Below, in pieces: positions 42,921 through 54,054 of a stretch of 64,000 nt of DNA; position 1 is the first letter of the stretch, and every line of letters begins with the position of its first letter. The stretch spans positions 1 to 64,000 of IMG/VR virus record IMGVR_UViG_3300034358_000008; one strand, written 5' to 3'. A program made the position numbers and the translations under genes. The notes beneath the pieces were generated by a model. It saw only the letters and a program-made list of their open reading frames with translations, had not been told where the DNA came from and did not search any database.

Positions 42921-44030
42921 TCACTTGTCCCAAAGATCACCAAGTTTCACTTGACTGGTTCGTTTAGTGGCACCAGTGTAGTAATTGCTACCATAAGGAT
43001 CGGCAGCTACACACGGTACGTAAGGAATACCCTTCTCTTCACAGATACGTTTGTATTCTTCAGTTGAACGGATCGCCGCTTTGAGTAGTTCGCTAGCCTG
43101 TTGTTGATTCCGTCTCCGTACTTCGGGTGACTGGCTATCAATAGCTGCACGAATTTTCTTTAGATCAAATACTGGGATCATGGATTAACCTACGAAGAAG
43201 AGACGGGTGTTGGTACGGCCAAGTTTAGCCATCAAGCGGTAAAGCTTGTTCAGATTGATCTCACCTGAAAGGATATAACGCATTGCTCCGAAGATAACCA
43301 GCTTATTAAAGTTCTGCTGGAAGCCTGGAATCTTGATCAGTTCTTCTGCAAGGAACTTACCTTCAATCATCCATTTAGTTTCAGCCAAGTCGCCCTCAGC
43401 ATAAACTTCATCGGACTCGTATATCGAATCGGTTTGATAGGCATTGATGAAATTCAACACGGCTTTGCCGTTAGTTGGCCAGCGCTTACAAATGCCCTCG
43501 TCGATAACTTCTTTGGTTCGACCAGCCAAGTTCAACAACTGTTCAAACGCTGATTGCTCTTTACCGACAGCGTATTCTTCCGAGTAGCCTGTCGCATCGA
43601 GATAGACTGTGTCACGAAAATGCTTGTAGCACCAACGACGAATCTGTGGGGTGTGTCCACGGGTTAGGTCACCACCAATAAAGGACGCACCGTCTCTGAA
43701 TTGAGTAAAGCCCACTTCGGTCTTATAGGTGCATGAATCCACGATGCGAGCAGAGTCTTCAATGAAATGATCAGCCATTAGTTTAGCGATCGCTTCCGGG
43801 TGAACAAGTCTAGGATCTTCACCTTCGCTGTCTTCATGGTCAGTTTTACAATCGCTATTTGGTTCTGGAACAAAGAAGTGGTACAGTGCGTCAAGAGCGT
43901 GGTAGGTGAATTGACGTTCACGTTTTGAATCCGATGGGGTTTCGAATTCAGCTGCATCCCCTTCAATCAGGTGTCTTGGGCGATAATGTATATTTTGGTC
44001 TTCTGGACCAATCGTTTTCATGTTAGTCAT
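42921..44030 (-). other. Two hypothetical CDS (42921-43181, 43185-44030)
   Basis: 86 and 281 aa; gctatattaac early-like motif upstream at about 44068-44078. Confidence 0.7.
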
Positions 44031-44151
44031 TTTCTGTATCCTATTCCCCGAGGGGATCTGGTATCAGTTAATATAGCGGGATTGCTACGTACGATACTTC
44101 CACCCAGTAGACTTTAACGACATAAAGCCTCCCCGAAGGGAGGCACTATGA

Positions 44152-46392
44152 TTAGGAGTCTTTAACAGACTTCTCGATCAGCTGGAATACAGCCATGATG
44201 TACGGCTGTAGTTGATGAAACTCAACCCCTACACGATGCATGTTGTACACATGTTCCATAGCCTTCTGATACAACTCTGTAAACTTAGGATCTTTAACTT
44301 GATCATACAACTCCCCATAGTTGGACTTACCTACATATTTCCAGTCCATCCAAGCGTGGGTGTTAATGAAGGTAGAGTTCCACCGCTTAACGAAAGTTAG
44401 GTCTGCCCCTAGTACATTGAACAACTCATAGAGCTTCTTAGCTTCCTCCACAATCTGTTCGGGAGTTAGCGTGTTCACTTCACCAGATTCAACTTTAACC
44501 TTAGGTACTTCTACCTTAGGTTCCTTTAACTGACGAGTAGCCTTCATGATCGTGATGGCTTTCTCAACGTTAGCTGAGTTGTCCAACGATTTACGTTGGA
44601 TCATGTTCATGACTGCTTCCATGTTGTTAAACGCTTGTTCTGCAACTTTGTGATGCTCAACCCGATTAGCTTGACAAGCCTTAATAAACTCAGGCACTAC
44701 TTTATCGTACTCTGCGATTAGGTTAGCGCCTTGTATGGATACTTTCTTGACATCAGACTGGCCATGCGTTTTAACCCAGTTGATGTCAGTGTACTTTTTT
44801 ACTTCATGTACCAGGTTGTGTAAGAAACCTTTGCCTACCGTGTCATAGATTTCGGTATCCTTACCTTTCGTAAAAAACTTCTTGATCGCACCCAACAGAT
44901 CTTCAGTGGATGGGACCAGTTCTGATTCTCCGAAGGTTTCAATAGCTACGCTCTCTATTGGAGTAATAGCTTCGAGACCAACGGTCATAAACTGACGAGC
45001 AACTGGATCGAGGCCATCTATGCCAGCCTGCTCAATCTGAGATCTGTACGTGGTAAGGGTTTTATCATTCATATTGGTTCTTCCAGAGAAATAGTTTTCT
45101 TTAGCTATCAGCATATCGCCTTTGATGGATCTATCCATCCAGACAGCCGCAGCTATGATCATGTCAAAGTATTCTTCACGGGCTTTGTTATACTCTGCAT
45201 TATTTAAGAGTATTTTCCATGGGATAACGTTAGACGATTGAAAAAGCTTCATCCATTTTTCGTTATTATGGAACGCACTTGGTACGTTATAACCCTTAAA
45301 AGATTTCCATTTGATGTTAACACCGTCCCTTAGATAAAACTCCTTGAGCACCTTCAATTGGTGAAAGAGTTCTTTCCCACCTGCTTTAACTTCAGCTTCA
45401 CTAAGAGCGTTGATCTCTTTTACCGTACCACCACCGTACTTAGCTGTATTTAGAAATACAGGTTTTGTCAGCTTAGCCAGATTTTCAGAGAAAGTAGCTA
45501 ATGCCTCATCCGTTGGACCAGCTTTGAATACAGTTTGCATTATAGGCGTTACTTCCGCCAGATATGCATCTACTGTGTTAACCCAGTTAGCGAAGTCTTT
45601 AAGATACGCGCCACCTTGCCCCAGCAATCTCAATATGTCCGGGTTACCCGGTGGTAGCATCTCGATAATGTCAGTCCCATTAATAGGGCCTTTGAGATAT
45701 GTCTGCTTGGCCAACCAACTAGGTGATGCAAGGCTATCTCTTACCTGAGCAAACGCGTATGCGTTGTTATTAAGATTACTTTTACGGAACCCGTGGTCGT
45801 TACCTTTGTTGGAGAAACCGAATGCTTTACGCATCGTATCCATTAATGATTCATTACTAATTTGAGCGACCATGGTATTCCGGTATGCCTCTAATAGTTC
45901 AATTCGTTTAACGGCATGGCGAGAGTAATGTTCCATCCCCGGTTTGATAAAGATCTCACCTTTGACATTCCGGCCAGCGTAATTAGTTTTCTGTACGCGC
46001 ATGATGTAAGAGTTCAATCCTTTACCATCATTGGCATAGCGTTTCATTTCATCAAGCTGTTCACGTGTAGTAGACTTGATCGTGTAGAGGTAACGGGAAC
46101 CTGTAGTGAACTTCACTAGAATCCAGTCGTCTCCAAGATCGTAACTATCCACACCTGAGTTACCGCCAGTGTTAGCATAACTGTGGGCCTGTCTGTGGTC
46201 GTCTAAGAGCTGTGTAATAGAAGCCGGGGGAACGCCCGTTTCTTCTACGATCGCTTCGTCAACGTCACCCCAGTAGCCCTTAACTGTATCTACGGCTTCA
46301 TCCCAGTACTGCTTTACTACATCGACTGCATCCTCATTGGAAACAGTCATCCGATCTTTAATACGACGGATTAAAAGGTCTAGAGAGTTCAT
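44152..46392 (-). CDS. phiKZ-type internal head (virion) protein, modular, with a KTSC-like domain
   Basis: Multiple S/A/G-x-E sites (SNE x2, GLE, AIE, STE), each followed by a related domain; NSGVDSYDLG..ILVKF..GSRYLY segment. Confidence 0.65.
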   Translation of the reverse strand: MNSLDLLIRRIKDRMTVSNEDAVDVVKQYWDEAVDTVKGYWGDVDEAIVEETGVPPASITQLLDDHRQAHSYANTGGNSGVDSYDLGDDWILVKFTTGSRYLYTIKSTTREQLDEMKRYANDGKGLNSYIMRVQKTNYAGRNVKGEIFIKPGMEHYSRHAVKRIELLEAYRNTMVAQISNESLMDTMRKAFGFSNKGNDHGFRKSNLNNNAYAFAQVRDSLASPSWLAKQTYLKGPINGTDIIEMLPPGNPDILRLLGQGGAYLKDFANWVNTVDAYLAEVTPIMQTVFKAGPTDEALATFSENLAKLTKPVFLNTAKYGGGTVKEINALSEAEVKAGGKELFHQLKVLKEFYLRDGVNIKWKSFKGYNVPSAFHNNEKWMKLFQSSNVIPWKILLNNAEYNKAREEYFDMIIAAAVWMDRSIKGDMLIAKENYFSGRTNMNDKTLTTYRSQIEQAGIDGLDPVARQFMTVGLEAITPIESVAIETFGESELVPSTEDLLGAIKKFFTKGKDTEIYDTVGKGFLHNLVHEVKKYTDINWVKTHGQSDVKKVSIQGANLIAEYDKVVPEFIKACQANRVEHHKVAEQAFNNMEAVMNMIQRKSLDNSANVEKAITIMKATRQLKEPKVEVPKVKVESGEVNTLTPEQIVEEAKKLYELFNVLGADLTFVKRWNSTFINTHAWMDWKYVGKSNYGELYDQVKDPKFTELYQKAMEHVYNMHRVGVEFHQLQPYIMAVFQLIEKSVKDS

Positions 46393-46477
46393 ACTAACCT
46401 CGAATGATTAATCATAAGATAGTCTTGTAGGTAAAGCACCAATTCTATGACATTGCGTGCTACTATGAGAACAAACT

Positions 46478-47719
46478 ATGATCGAACAATTACTGATTAT
46501 TTCAGGTTTTGAGTCTGATGTCAATGACGACCATGATTTACCCTTCCCGACAGGGACACCTTTTAAAGGGGTAGTGCGAGCTAAAAACTTCATTACAGGT
46601 GATGCACTAGCTGATGAAATAGGATTGGTTCAAGGCATCTCTATTAACAGCAACGCGGGGTGGTTACACTTCGTGGAAGAAAATGGTTACAACATCTACC
46701 TGGCTAAGAAACCACTACGTTTTAATCTAGGTTGGCCGAGTATAAATAACGCCCAGTTAGATAAAGAAATCGTTTTGGATGGTAAGACATTCAACGTTGA
46801 ATTTATAACGGGTATGAGACGAGACGGTCTACCAGCTTTGAAGGGTAACGCTGGCGGCGCTTGGAACAGATACATCTATAACGTGTATGGTGGTGAGCGT
46901 GCAGATGAGCTACCTAATACCCGATTGAACTGGGGCTCGTACACTGAGGCTATGTTGGGTATTCCTCTTGACTCAGCTGGTGCTACACCGTTAGCCTCAT
47001 TCTGTTGGGTTAAGGAACTTGATAGTACTGGTGGTCATGCGACACGCGGTGTAAGTTATAGTGACGCTAATGTTCCTAACGTAATGGGTGTATGGTACGG
47101 TGGGCAAGATGATATAGCCATCCACTATGCGTGGAGACCCATGCTTGTAGAGAAAGGTACATTCCCTCCTGTTCCAGTAACCCCATTTAAGGGCGAAGTT
47201 GCACAAGCTGATTTCATTACTTTTAGTGATCTGGCTACAGCGGTTGGTGTTACCGAGGGTACACCACTCAACACTGACGCCCCATGGCTGAAGATTGAAC
47301 TGGGTGAGACTACCTATTACTGGCCTAAGGCCTCTATCCGGGGTAGCGTTCTACGTGAAACACTTAATACCCTGAATCTCGTAACAGGTGACACCACGGT
47401 TATTATTGGTGGACTTACGTATAAAGTACGTTTGATCAAAGGTCGGGATGCAGCACAATCTGACGTCATCGGTGAGGAATGGTTAGAATGGCTAACCCAT
47501 TTAACCAACGGTGATTGGGCGGAATACTCAACCGCACAACTGGTAACTGGTACTGGTGGTACAGGTAATGGTGAGCTAGTGCTGACTCAAGAACTTGCAG
47601 CTAACGGTTTCTGGGCAGCTAACGGTTACCCTACGTTACTGGGTTCTGGCTGGTATCAATCGACTGGCGCAACTCATGATGGCTATGGTTGGAGACCTGT
47701 TCTCGAGCTAGTGCCGTAA
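46478..47719 (+). CDS. Virion structural protein, two-domain paralog 1 of 3
   Basis: PFKGVV..NFITG, GWLHF.E.NG...Y.AKKPLR; both halves end in WRP. Confidence 0.75.
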   Translation: MIEQLLIISGFESDVNDDHDLPFPTGTPFKGVVRAKNFITGDALADEIGLVQGISINSNAGWLHFVEENGYNIYLAKKPLRFNLGWPSINNAQLDKEIVLDGKTFNVEFITGMRRDGLPALKGNAGGAWNRYIYNVYGGERADELPNTRLNWGSYTEAMLGIPLDSAGATPLASFCWVKELDSTGGHATRGVSYSDANVPNVMGVWYGGQDDIAIHYAWRPMLVEKGTFPPVPVTPFKGEVAQADFITFSDLATAVGVTEGTPLNTDAPWLKIELGETTYYWPKASIRGSVLRETLNTLNLVTGDTTVIIGGLTYKVRLIKGRDAAQSDVIGEEWLEWLTHLTNGDWAEYSTAQLVTGTGGTGNGELVLTQELAANGFWAANGYPTLLGSGWYQSTGATHDGYGWRPVLELVP

Positions 47720-47815
47720 CATTATAAAGCCCCTCCCGTTAAAGGAGGGGTCTTATGCCGGTCAAGCATTATCTTAATTGTATGATTACTACTATTACGC
47801 TTGGGGAATCCTATT

Positions 47816-49054
47816 ATGTTTGAACAACTCCTGGTGGCTGCTCCTAAAGCCCCCATAACGGACGACAGCGATTTGCCCTTTCCGGCTGGGACGCCATTTA
47901 AAGGAGTAGTGCACGCTAGTAATTTTATTAACGGCGCTCAGCTGGCTACTCAGATTGGATTGGTGAATGGAGTTCCCATCAATAGCGATGCAGGCTGGTT
48001 GCACTTTATAGAAGACAATGGATACAACGTCTACATCGCTAAGAAACCTTTACGTGCTGGAGTCACTTGGCAACAAATTGACACGGCGCAAACCGGTAAA
48101 GAAATCATCATTGGCGGTAAGACATTCTTGGTTACCTTTATCACCGGGTTGAAAACTGCTGGTATGCCTGCGGTTATCGGAAACTCTGGTGGGCAATGGA
48201 ACCGATATATTTACAACGTTTACGGTGGGGAATTTGCTTCAGCTCTACCAGCGGACCGCTTGAACTGGGGTTCTTATACCGAGAAGATGTTGGGGATACC
48301 ATTGCTCACTGAGGGTATTAGTGTCATGGCTTCTTTTAACTATGTTAAAGAAACTAGTTCTAGTGCTTCAGGGGCGCACATCACCCGTGGTATGACCTAC
48401 CCAACAGCGGCAGGTAAACCAAACGTACTCGGTGTGTGGTACGGTGCTCCAAGTAACGGTGAGATGAACTATGGTTGGCGCCCTCTGCTATATGAGAAAG
48501 GCACTACTCCACCAGTACCAATAACACCGTTTAAAGGTGAAGTTGCGCAAGCTGATTTAATTACGTTGGCTGCACTGAGAACTGCAACTGGTTATGCTGG
48601 TGGTACATCTCTGAATCCGACTGCTCCATGGATGATGATTGTAGAGAATGGTAAAACATTCTATTTCCCTAAAGCACCATTGTTGATGACGATGAGTCGT
48701 GAACAACTTAACGCAGCTGGTCTGGTAGATGGTAGTAAAGTAATTACCATTGCCGGTAAGCAGTATAAAGTTCGTTTGATGACTGGTCGAGATACTGCGG
48801 TGAACAGTACATCAGGTGGCGAATGGTTACGATGGATGACCAATCTGACTGATGGTACATGGGCAACATACCCAACAGCTGATCTTGGTGGACCATACCC
48901 AATGAACGGTGGCATGACACACGTCTGGGATAGACATGGTGATAACAACTGGGCACTAAGTGGTTATCCAGGTTTCCTTGGCGCTTGGTATCAAATCCTA
49001 GGATCAGCAGCCGATCCAGCTTATGGGTGGCGCCCAGTATTAGAATTGATTTAG
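47816..49054 (+). CDS. Virion structural protein, two-domain paralog 2 of 3
   Basis: Same motifs. Confidence 0.75.
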   Translation: MFEQLLVAAPKAPITDDSDLPFPAGTPFKGVVHASNFINGAQLATQIGLVNGVPINSDAGWLHFIEDNGYNVYIAKKPLRAGVTWQQIDTAQTGKEIIIGGKTFLVTFITGLKTAGMPAVIGNSGGQWNRYIYNVYGGEFASALPADRLNWGSYTEKMLGIPLLTEGISVMASFNYVKETSSSASGAHITRGMTYPTAAGKPNVLGVWYGAPSNGEMNYGWRPLLYEKGTTPPVPITPFKGEVAQADLITLAALRTATGYAGGTSLNPTAPWMMIVENGKTFYFPKAPLLMTMSREQLNAAGLVDGSKVITIAGKQYKVRLMTGRDTAVNSTSGGEWLRWMTNLTDGTWATYPTADLGGPYPMNGGMTHVWDRHGDNNWALSGYPGFLGAWYQILGSAADPAYGWRPVLELI

Positions 49055-49063
49055 GGGAATATC

Positions 49064-50275
49064 ATGTTTGAAATGATGCTAACTACGGCATTTAAGCTAG
49101 GGTTACCAGATAACTCAGATTTACCGTTCCCATCGGGTACTCCTTTCCAAGGTGTAGTGAGTGCAAGTAACTTTATTACAGGTACCGCTTTAGCGTCAGC
49201 AATAAGTTTAACCCAAGGTACTGGGATGAATAGCGACGCGGGCTGGTTGCACTTTATAGAAGACAATGGATTAGAACTGTACATTGCGAAGAAACCACTA
49301 CGTTACAATGTCACGTGGGAAGAAATTAACGTTCGTCAGAAAGCCACTGAAGTTACTATCGGTGGTGAGGTTTACGTGGTTAAATTCTTAACCGGTATGA
49401 CTGCTCCTAATCTGATGGCTGCCCCTGCTAACCGGGGTGGCCAATGGAATAGATACATCTATAACGTGTATGGTGGACCATATAAATCGTCACTACCTGC
49501 TGGTACATTGAACTGGGGACCTTATTCCGAAAGTATGCTCGGTATTTACACGGCTGGGCAATCTCAAGAAAATGGTGGGTTATGTCTAATGGCAGAGCCC
49601 GTAACTCAAGGTGGTCATGCGACACGAGGGGTCTCATGGACTGATTCCAGCGATCCTAACATCATGGGGTTATGGTACATCACCCCTAATACCCCACGTA
49701 CGTGGTATGGTTGGCGCCCGGTATTGTTCAAGAAATCGACCTTACCACCAACACCTTATAAAGGTCTGGTAGCTGGTGCTAGTCTGATTACTCCGTCGGC
49801 TTTATCTACCTTGGCGGGTTACACTAGTGGTACGCTTATGGATGATGCTACCCCATGGATGCACTTCATTGAAGACAACGGTAAGGAAGTTTACGTTGCG
49901 CAGAGGTCATTTCGTGATAAGTGTACTAGAGCTAGTTTGAACACTGCCGGGATTGGTAATACGGCTAATGGTAAAACTCTCACGATTGGAGGCAAACAGT
50001 ATAAGTGTCGTTTGTTGACAGAGGCTGAGTGGAACCGTTACATGTACGGTGTGTATGGTGATACGTACACAACGGTAAACACGTTGGAATGGGCATCCTT
50101 TAATGATGCTCAGTTGGGTGTTTGTGCAGGCGGTGTAATCGCTGGTGGTCTTAGTCATACCTTCGATGGTACTACCCGTGGATTCACATCCATTGCTGGG
50201 GCTTGGCAAACCAACGACGGTTCACCCGGTACGTCAGGTTATGCATGGCGTCCAATTCTGGAACTCATTCCGTAA
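49064..50275 (+). CDS. Virion structural protein, two-domain paralog 3 of 3
   Basis: Same motifs. Confidence 0.75.
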   Translation: MFEMMLTTAFKLGLPDNSDLPFPSGTPFQGVVSASNFITGTALASAISLTQGTGMNSDAGWLHFIEDNGLELYIAKKPLRYNVTWEEINVRQKATEVTIGGEVYVVKFLTGMTAPNLMAAPANRGGQWNRYIYNVYGGPYKSSLPAGTLNWGPYSESMLGIYTAGQSQENGGLCLMAEPVTQGGHATRGVSWTDSSDPNIMGLWYITPNTPRTWYGWRPVLFKKSTLPPTPYKGLVAGASLITPSALSTLAGYTSGTLMDDATPWMHFIEDNGKEVYVAQRSFRDKCTRASLNTAGIGNTANGKTLTIGGKQYKCRLLTEAEWNRYMYGVYGDTYTTVNTLEWASFNDAQLGVCAGGVIAGGLSHTFDGTTRGFTSIAGAWQTNDGSPGTSGYAWRPILELIP

Positions 50276-50316
50276 CGTCATAAAGCCCCTCCTTTACGGA
50301 GGGGTCTTATTTCGTC

Positions 50317-51058
50317 TTACATCGAGATAGGGATAGACCAGCTCGATGGAGGTTCAATCGTTTCACGGGTGAAGTTACATGTAATCAGAGTACGGTCGTT
50401 ACACTTGACTGAGATTGACGTGATACCCATACCTTGGTCTTTGATACCGTACACATGCTTAACGTCTGGGTGGCTGTTGTGGAGGTTTACCAGTAGTTGT
50501 TGCCATGTAATACCAGCGTCACCCAATAACAAACGGATGCTATCTACGATCTTTTCATTGCGAGTCATTTTTGTAATCCTTCTATTGTAAATGTGTGACG
50601 TACTTGAATTTCATTGTTAGTACCTTTGAATATCCATGTAAACTCAGTCTCACTCGGTGTAAGCTTTCGCTTAACCACTATGATCCGAGCAACACCGGTG
50701 CACTTAGCTTTCACTACCGGTAAGATATCTGCCAAGCAGTCGTCGTAGATGCCTTGTTGTAAGGCTAATCGATCTTCTTCTATAACTAGCATACGGTACG
50801 GTCCGAATGCCACTGACAGTATGCTTGCAGTACCGCGCGTTCACCGTTATGTCCTTTGAACAACCATGTGAGTAGTTCACCAAACTGCGGTAGTCCAGCT
50901 GCGTCTTCACCGATAAAGGTTTTATTACGATGTACCATGGTCAAGGTCTTAACACCTGAACATTCTTGTAGGATGTCCCGATTAACATCTGGATATGAAT
51001 TTGTTGCATGTTCGTATCCCCAGATTTGTAGCAGTCTGTCTTCTGTTATGATTTTCAT
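50317..51058 (-). other. Three small hypothetical CDS (50317-50568, 50565-50813, 50786-51058)
   Basis: Overlapping minus-strand ORFs. Confidence 0.6.
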
Positions 51059-51085
51059 TTTGTACGCCTTTTTAGTTAAAAGCAA

Positions 51086-51189
51086 AATAAAGTCCTCCCC
51101 GAAGGGAGGAGCTTTACCAACCCACAAACCAACACTAAAGGAGAACCATCATGCAATCCACAATGGAGTAACGTTATCGCTTCCGTTAC
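51086..51189 (-). ncRNA. Candidate ~105-nt sRNA with an anti-SD segment
   Basis: ATAGTATGTA motif at 51187-51196, 5' hairpin, UUCUCCUUUA, and a cUUCGg terminator with U-tract. Confidence 0.6.
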
Positions 51190-51210
51190 ATACTATTACA
51201 ACAAAGTATG

Positions 51211-52374
51211 TTAATCTAGGAAGTCGACTTCGAATTCTGCTTGTTCATTGGAGGTGTCCAAAGCGTTAACCATGTACTGGTTGTTATCCACTTCTTGAGG
51301 ACTGGTTTGGTTTGCAGCAAGATCGAGATATTCGGTCATGTAAGGGAGTGGGTTCTTCTCAGGCCATTCCAGTTCAAAACCAGTAACTTCCAAGAACTCA
51401 GCGTAGTGAGCTTCAGTCAGTTGACCTTTATGGCCAGTGAAGATACCAGCAGCATTACCATTGAACAGGACCCATTGGATCATCTTCTTCAGTGTCACAC
51501 CCGGCAGTTCACGACCTTCAGAGAACAGGTACATCAACCAACGAACTTCCGACATCAGAACTTCCCAATACAACTTGGTGCATTCTTCTTTGGTTTGTTC
51601 GTATGCAAGACGTCCACGTTCCGTTTTAAGCAGGGCTTTGATTACTTCCTGACCGAACTGTGCATGGATCTCGAACTCGTCGATAGCGATCTTCTGGACA
51701 CCCATAACGATAGGTTGGAAGCGACCCATCTTACCGAAGGCGAAGGTCACAGCAAACGAAGCCATGAACTGAACACGTTCTAGGTAGTACAGAGCCATGA
51801 AGAACTTGAAGATCTTGTTGTACAAGTCTTGATCGTTCGGGATAGTACCACAAGCGTAAGCATGGGAAGCATCATGTGCCTCACCCATTACTTTAGCTAC
51901 TGTCACCAGACGCTCTTGGGCTTCTTGTACTTTCAGAATCTCATCCAGAATAACCTGTGGATTCTTAAACGAGTTACGCACGATCTCTGAGTAGGTCAGA
52001 GCGTGCAGGTTCTCGTTGGAGTTGATCAGTACGTAGCCTGCCCACACACGGGAGTCAGTCATTACTGGACCAAGGATGTTTACGATAGCACGGGATGCAG
52101 TAGCGTCAGCTTCCCATTGCCATGCCAGAGTCTTGATCATCATCTCGTAAGAAGTACGGTCACACGTTTCAAACTCGTGGAGACAGTCAGCATACGGGAA
52201 TTCATTCTCATCCCAATCCATCATCTTCAAACGTTTGTACAGGTTGAAGAGGATCGGGTGATGGTTGTTGATAGAATCGAACAGGCCCGGCTCCTGACCC
52301 AGAATGATCTCGTTGGAATCGTAGTCGGACTTGTTAGCGTTAAAGATTTTAATCGGGAGATCTACGTTGGACAT
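51211..52374 (-). CDS. nrdB: Ribonucleotide reductase class Ia beta subunit
   Basis: Diiron and radical residues: EAD, ENLHALTY, LERVQF and DEFEIH. Confidence 0.93.
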   Translation of the reverse strand: MSNVDLPIKIFNANKSDYDSNEIILGQEPGLFDSINNHHPILFNLYKRLKMMDWDENEFPYADCLHEFETCDRTSYEMMIKTLAWQWEADATASRAIVNILGPVMTDSRVWAGYVLINSNENLHALTYSEIVRNSFKNPQVILDEILKVQEAQERLVTVAKVMGEAHDASHAYACGTIPNDQDLYNKIFKFFMALYYLERVQFMASFAVTFAFGKMGRFQPIVMGVQKIAIDEFEIHAQFGQEVIKALLKTERGRLAYEQTKEECTKLYWEVLMSEVRWLMYLFSEGRELPGVTLKKMIQWVLFNGNAAGIFTGHKGQLTEAHYAEFLEVTGFELEWPEKNPLPYMTEYLDLAANQTSPQEVDNNQYMVNALDTSNEQAEFEVDFLD

Positions 52375-52454
52375 GATGGACCTTTAAGTGAGTTGTGTTG
52401 TCTACAATAAATACGTCAACGAAGTAATCTTTGTATTAGAACCTATTTAAAGAG

Positions 52455-52462
52455 TATATTAC
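52455..52462 (+). promoter_or_regulatory. Early promoter motif TATATTAC
   Basis: Exact motif, divergent from nrdB. Confidence 0.7.
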
Positions 52463-52497
52463 TGTTGGGAGATACTTACCTTAAAGGAGTTTTGAAA

Positions 52498-54054
52498 ATG
52501 AGTTTTCGTAAGGGTAGTGGTGCGATCATATTCTTAAGTATGGATCGCATGCTGGACAACTGCTTCTTCAGTCGTCCGGTACGTTCGTTCTATTACACCC
52601 ATGTGATGTTGTCGAACATCAAAAATGATTCTAAGGTACAAGACGCAGAGAAGCGTCTGCGCCGTAACTCGACTATCCAACAAATGACTGTACGTGGTCA
52701 CATGGTTGATCGCGATGGTTACTTCAAGTGGGTGAAGAAGACTTCCCCAATGGACTACGCCTTTAAACCAACCCAAGAACAACGTCAGTCATTTGAAGCA
52801 ATCGGCCTACCATTAGTGAGTTTTACATGAAGAAAATACACCCTGCGAAAGTAACCCGCAAGTCGTTCCATAATCAACGTAGCCATGAAGCTGCTCTTTA
52901 TGCCGTTGAGATCATTAACCACATGATCCATCGGGCGAGTCAAGGTGACATCATTTTCGAATACGAGAATCTGGTTAAACCTAACTTCGAAGCGGAGTTC
53001 TTCGGCAACGGGACGTTCGCTGGTCTGTTTCTGCGTGACGGTGAGAACTGTCGTGTCCAGATCATCGGCGATGAAACCGATCCTGACAGTGGTTTGATCT
53101 ACTGTACCAAACGCAATATCCGCGAATACTTCAAACTGTGGCGTGTGGCTAAAATCGTCAACGTCAACAAAGTAACTGATCTTACCAAATAAAGGAGTAA
53201 CCCCATGAACAATACTTGCCAAGTGTCTAAGATGATGGATATTCATCGTGACGTAGTTCCAGTTCATCCATCGACCCTTTCTATGGCTGGACACATTGAA
53301 AACATCCAGCAGACGCTTAAAGGCGTTACCTGCGAAGTGATCAATGATGAAGACATCATCCCTGATGATACCCCAGTTAAAGCAGAGATCGTCATCGATC
53401 CTCTTGATCTGGGTGCACATCGCCAACACATCCTCGATCTGTTGCAACGTCGTTCTGCGATGTTGAGAAGCACTCAACAGTTCGTGTGGTTCACCTTCCG
53501 TAAAGAAGCCGATGGTGGTGTGTACTTAAGCTGGCCTGTTGCTGGTTATCAGCATCTGCCTTCACGCATCATTGCTCGGGATTCTCGCGTTGTCCAGGCT
53601 AGTCGTCGACTTAGCAACCGGGTGCACATCAAAGCCGTTACTGTGATCGGGGCTATCCGTACCTTCGATAGCTACTTCCCATGGATCAAAGCCAAGTACG
53701 AGGTTTAAGATGTCGATGTGTCCTAAAGCTGATCAGATGGAAAACGGTCTTAAGGCTATTATCAATGAACTCATGGGTTTAGTCTGGGTAGATGCTGGTG
53801 TTAATATACCGGCAATGAAGATCTGGGAAGAGGATAAAGAAATCGAAGTTATCCCAATCGATCGTGCAGCGGGGAACTACCAGATTGACATGCGCGTCGG
53901 TCAGAAACACCTCAGTTTCGGATGGGATACTATCCGTGATATATCTGGTACCTGTGGGGTATATAAGTACGACTGGGGTGACTGTAATGTCAGCGAGTTG
54001 GCTATTGCAGCCGGCTTGGTCCTGACGTACTATGGTCACGCAATGGCTGAGTAA
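52498..54054 (+). other. Four hypothetical CDS (52498-52830, 52827-53192, 53205-53708, 53710-54054)
   Basis: Coupled ORFs inserted between nrdB and nrdA. Confidence 0.7.

Noticed and set aside
46478-50275. Diversity-generating retroelement
   Set aside because: No reverse transcriptase and no near-identical TR/VR pair differing at adenines in this window.
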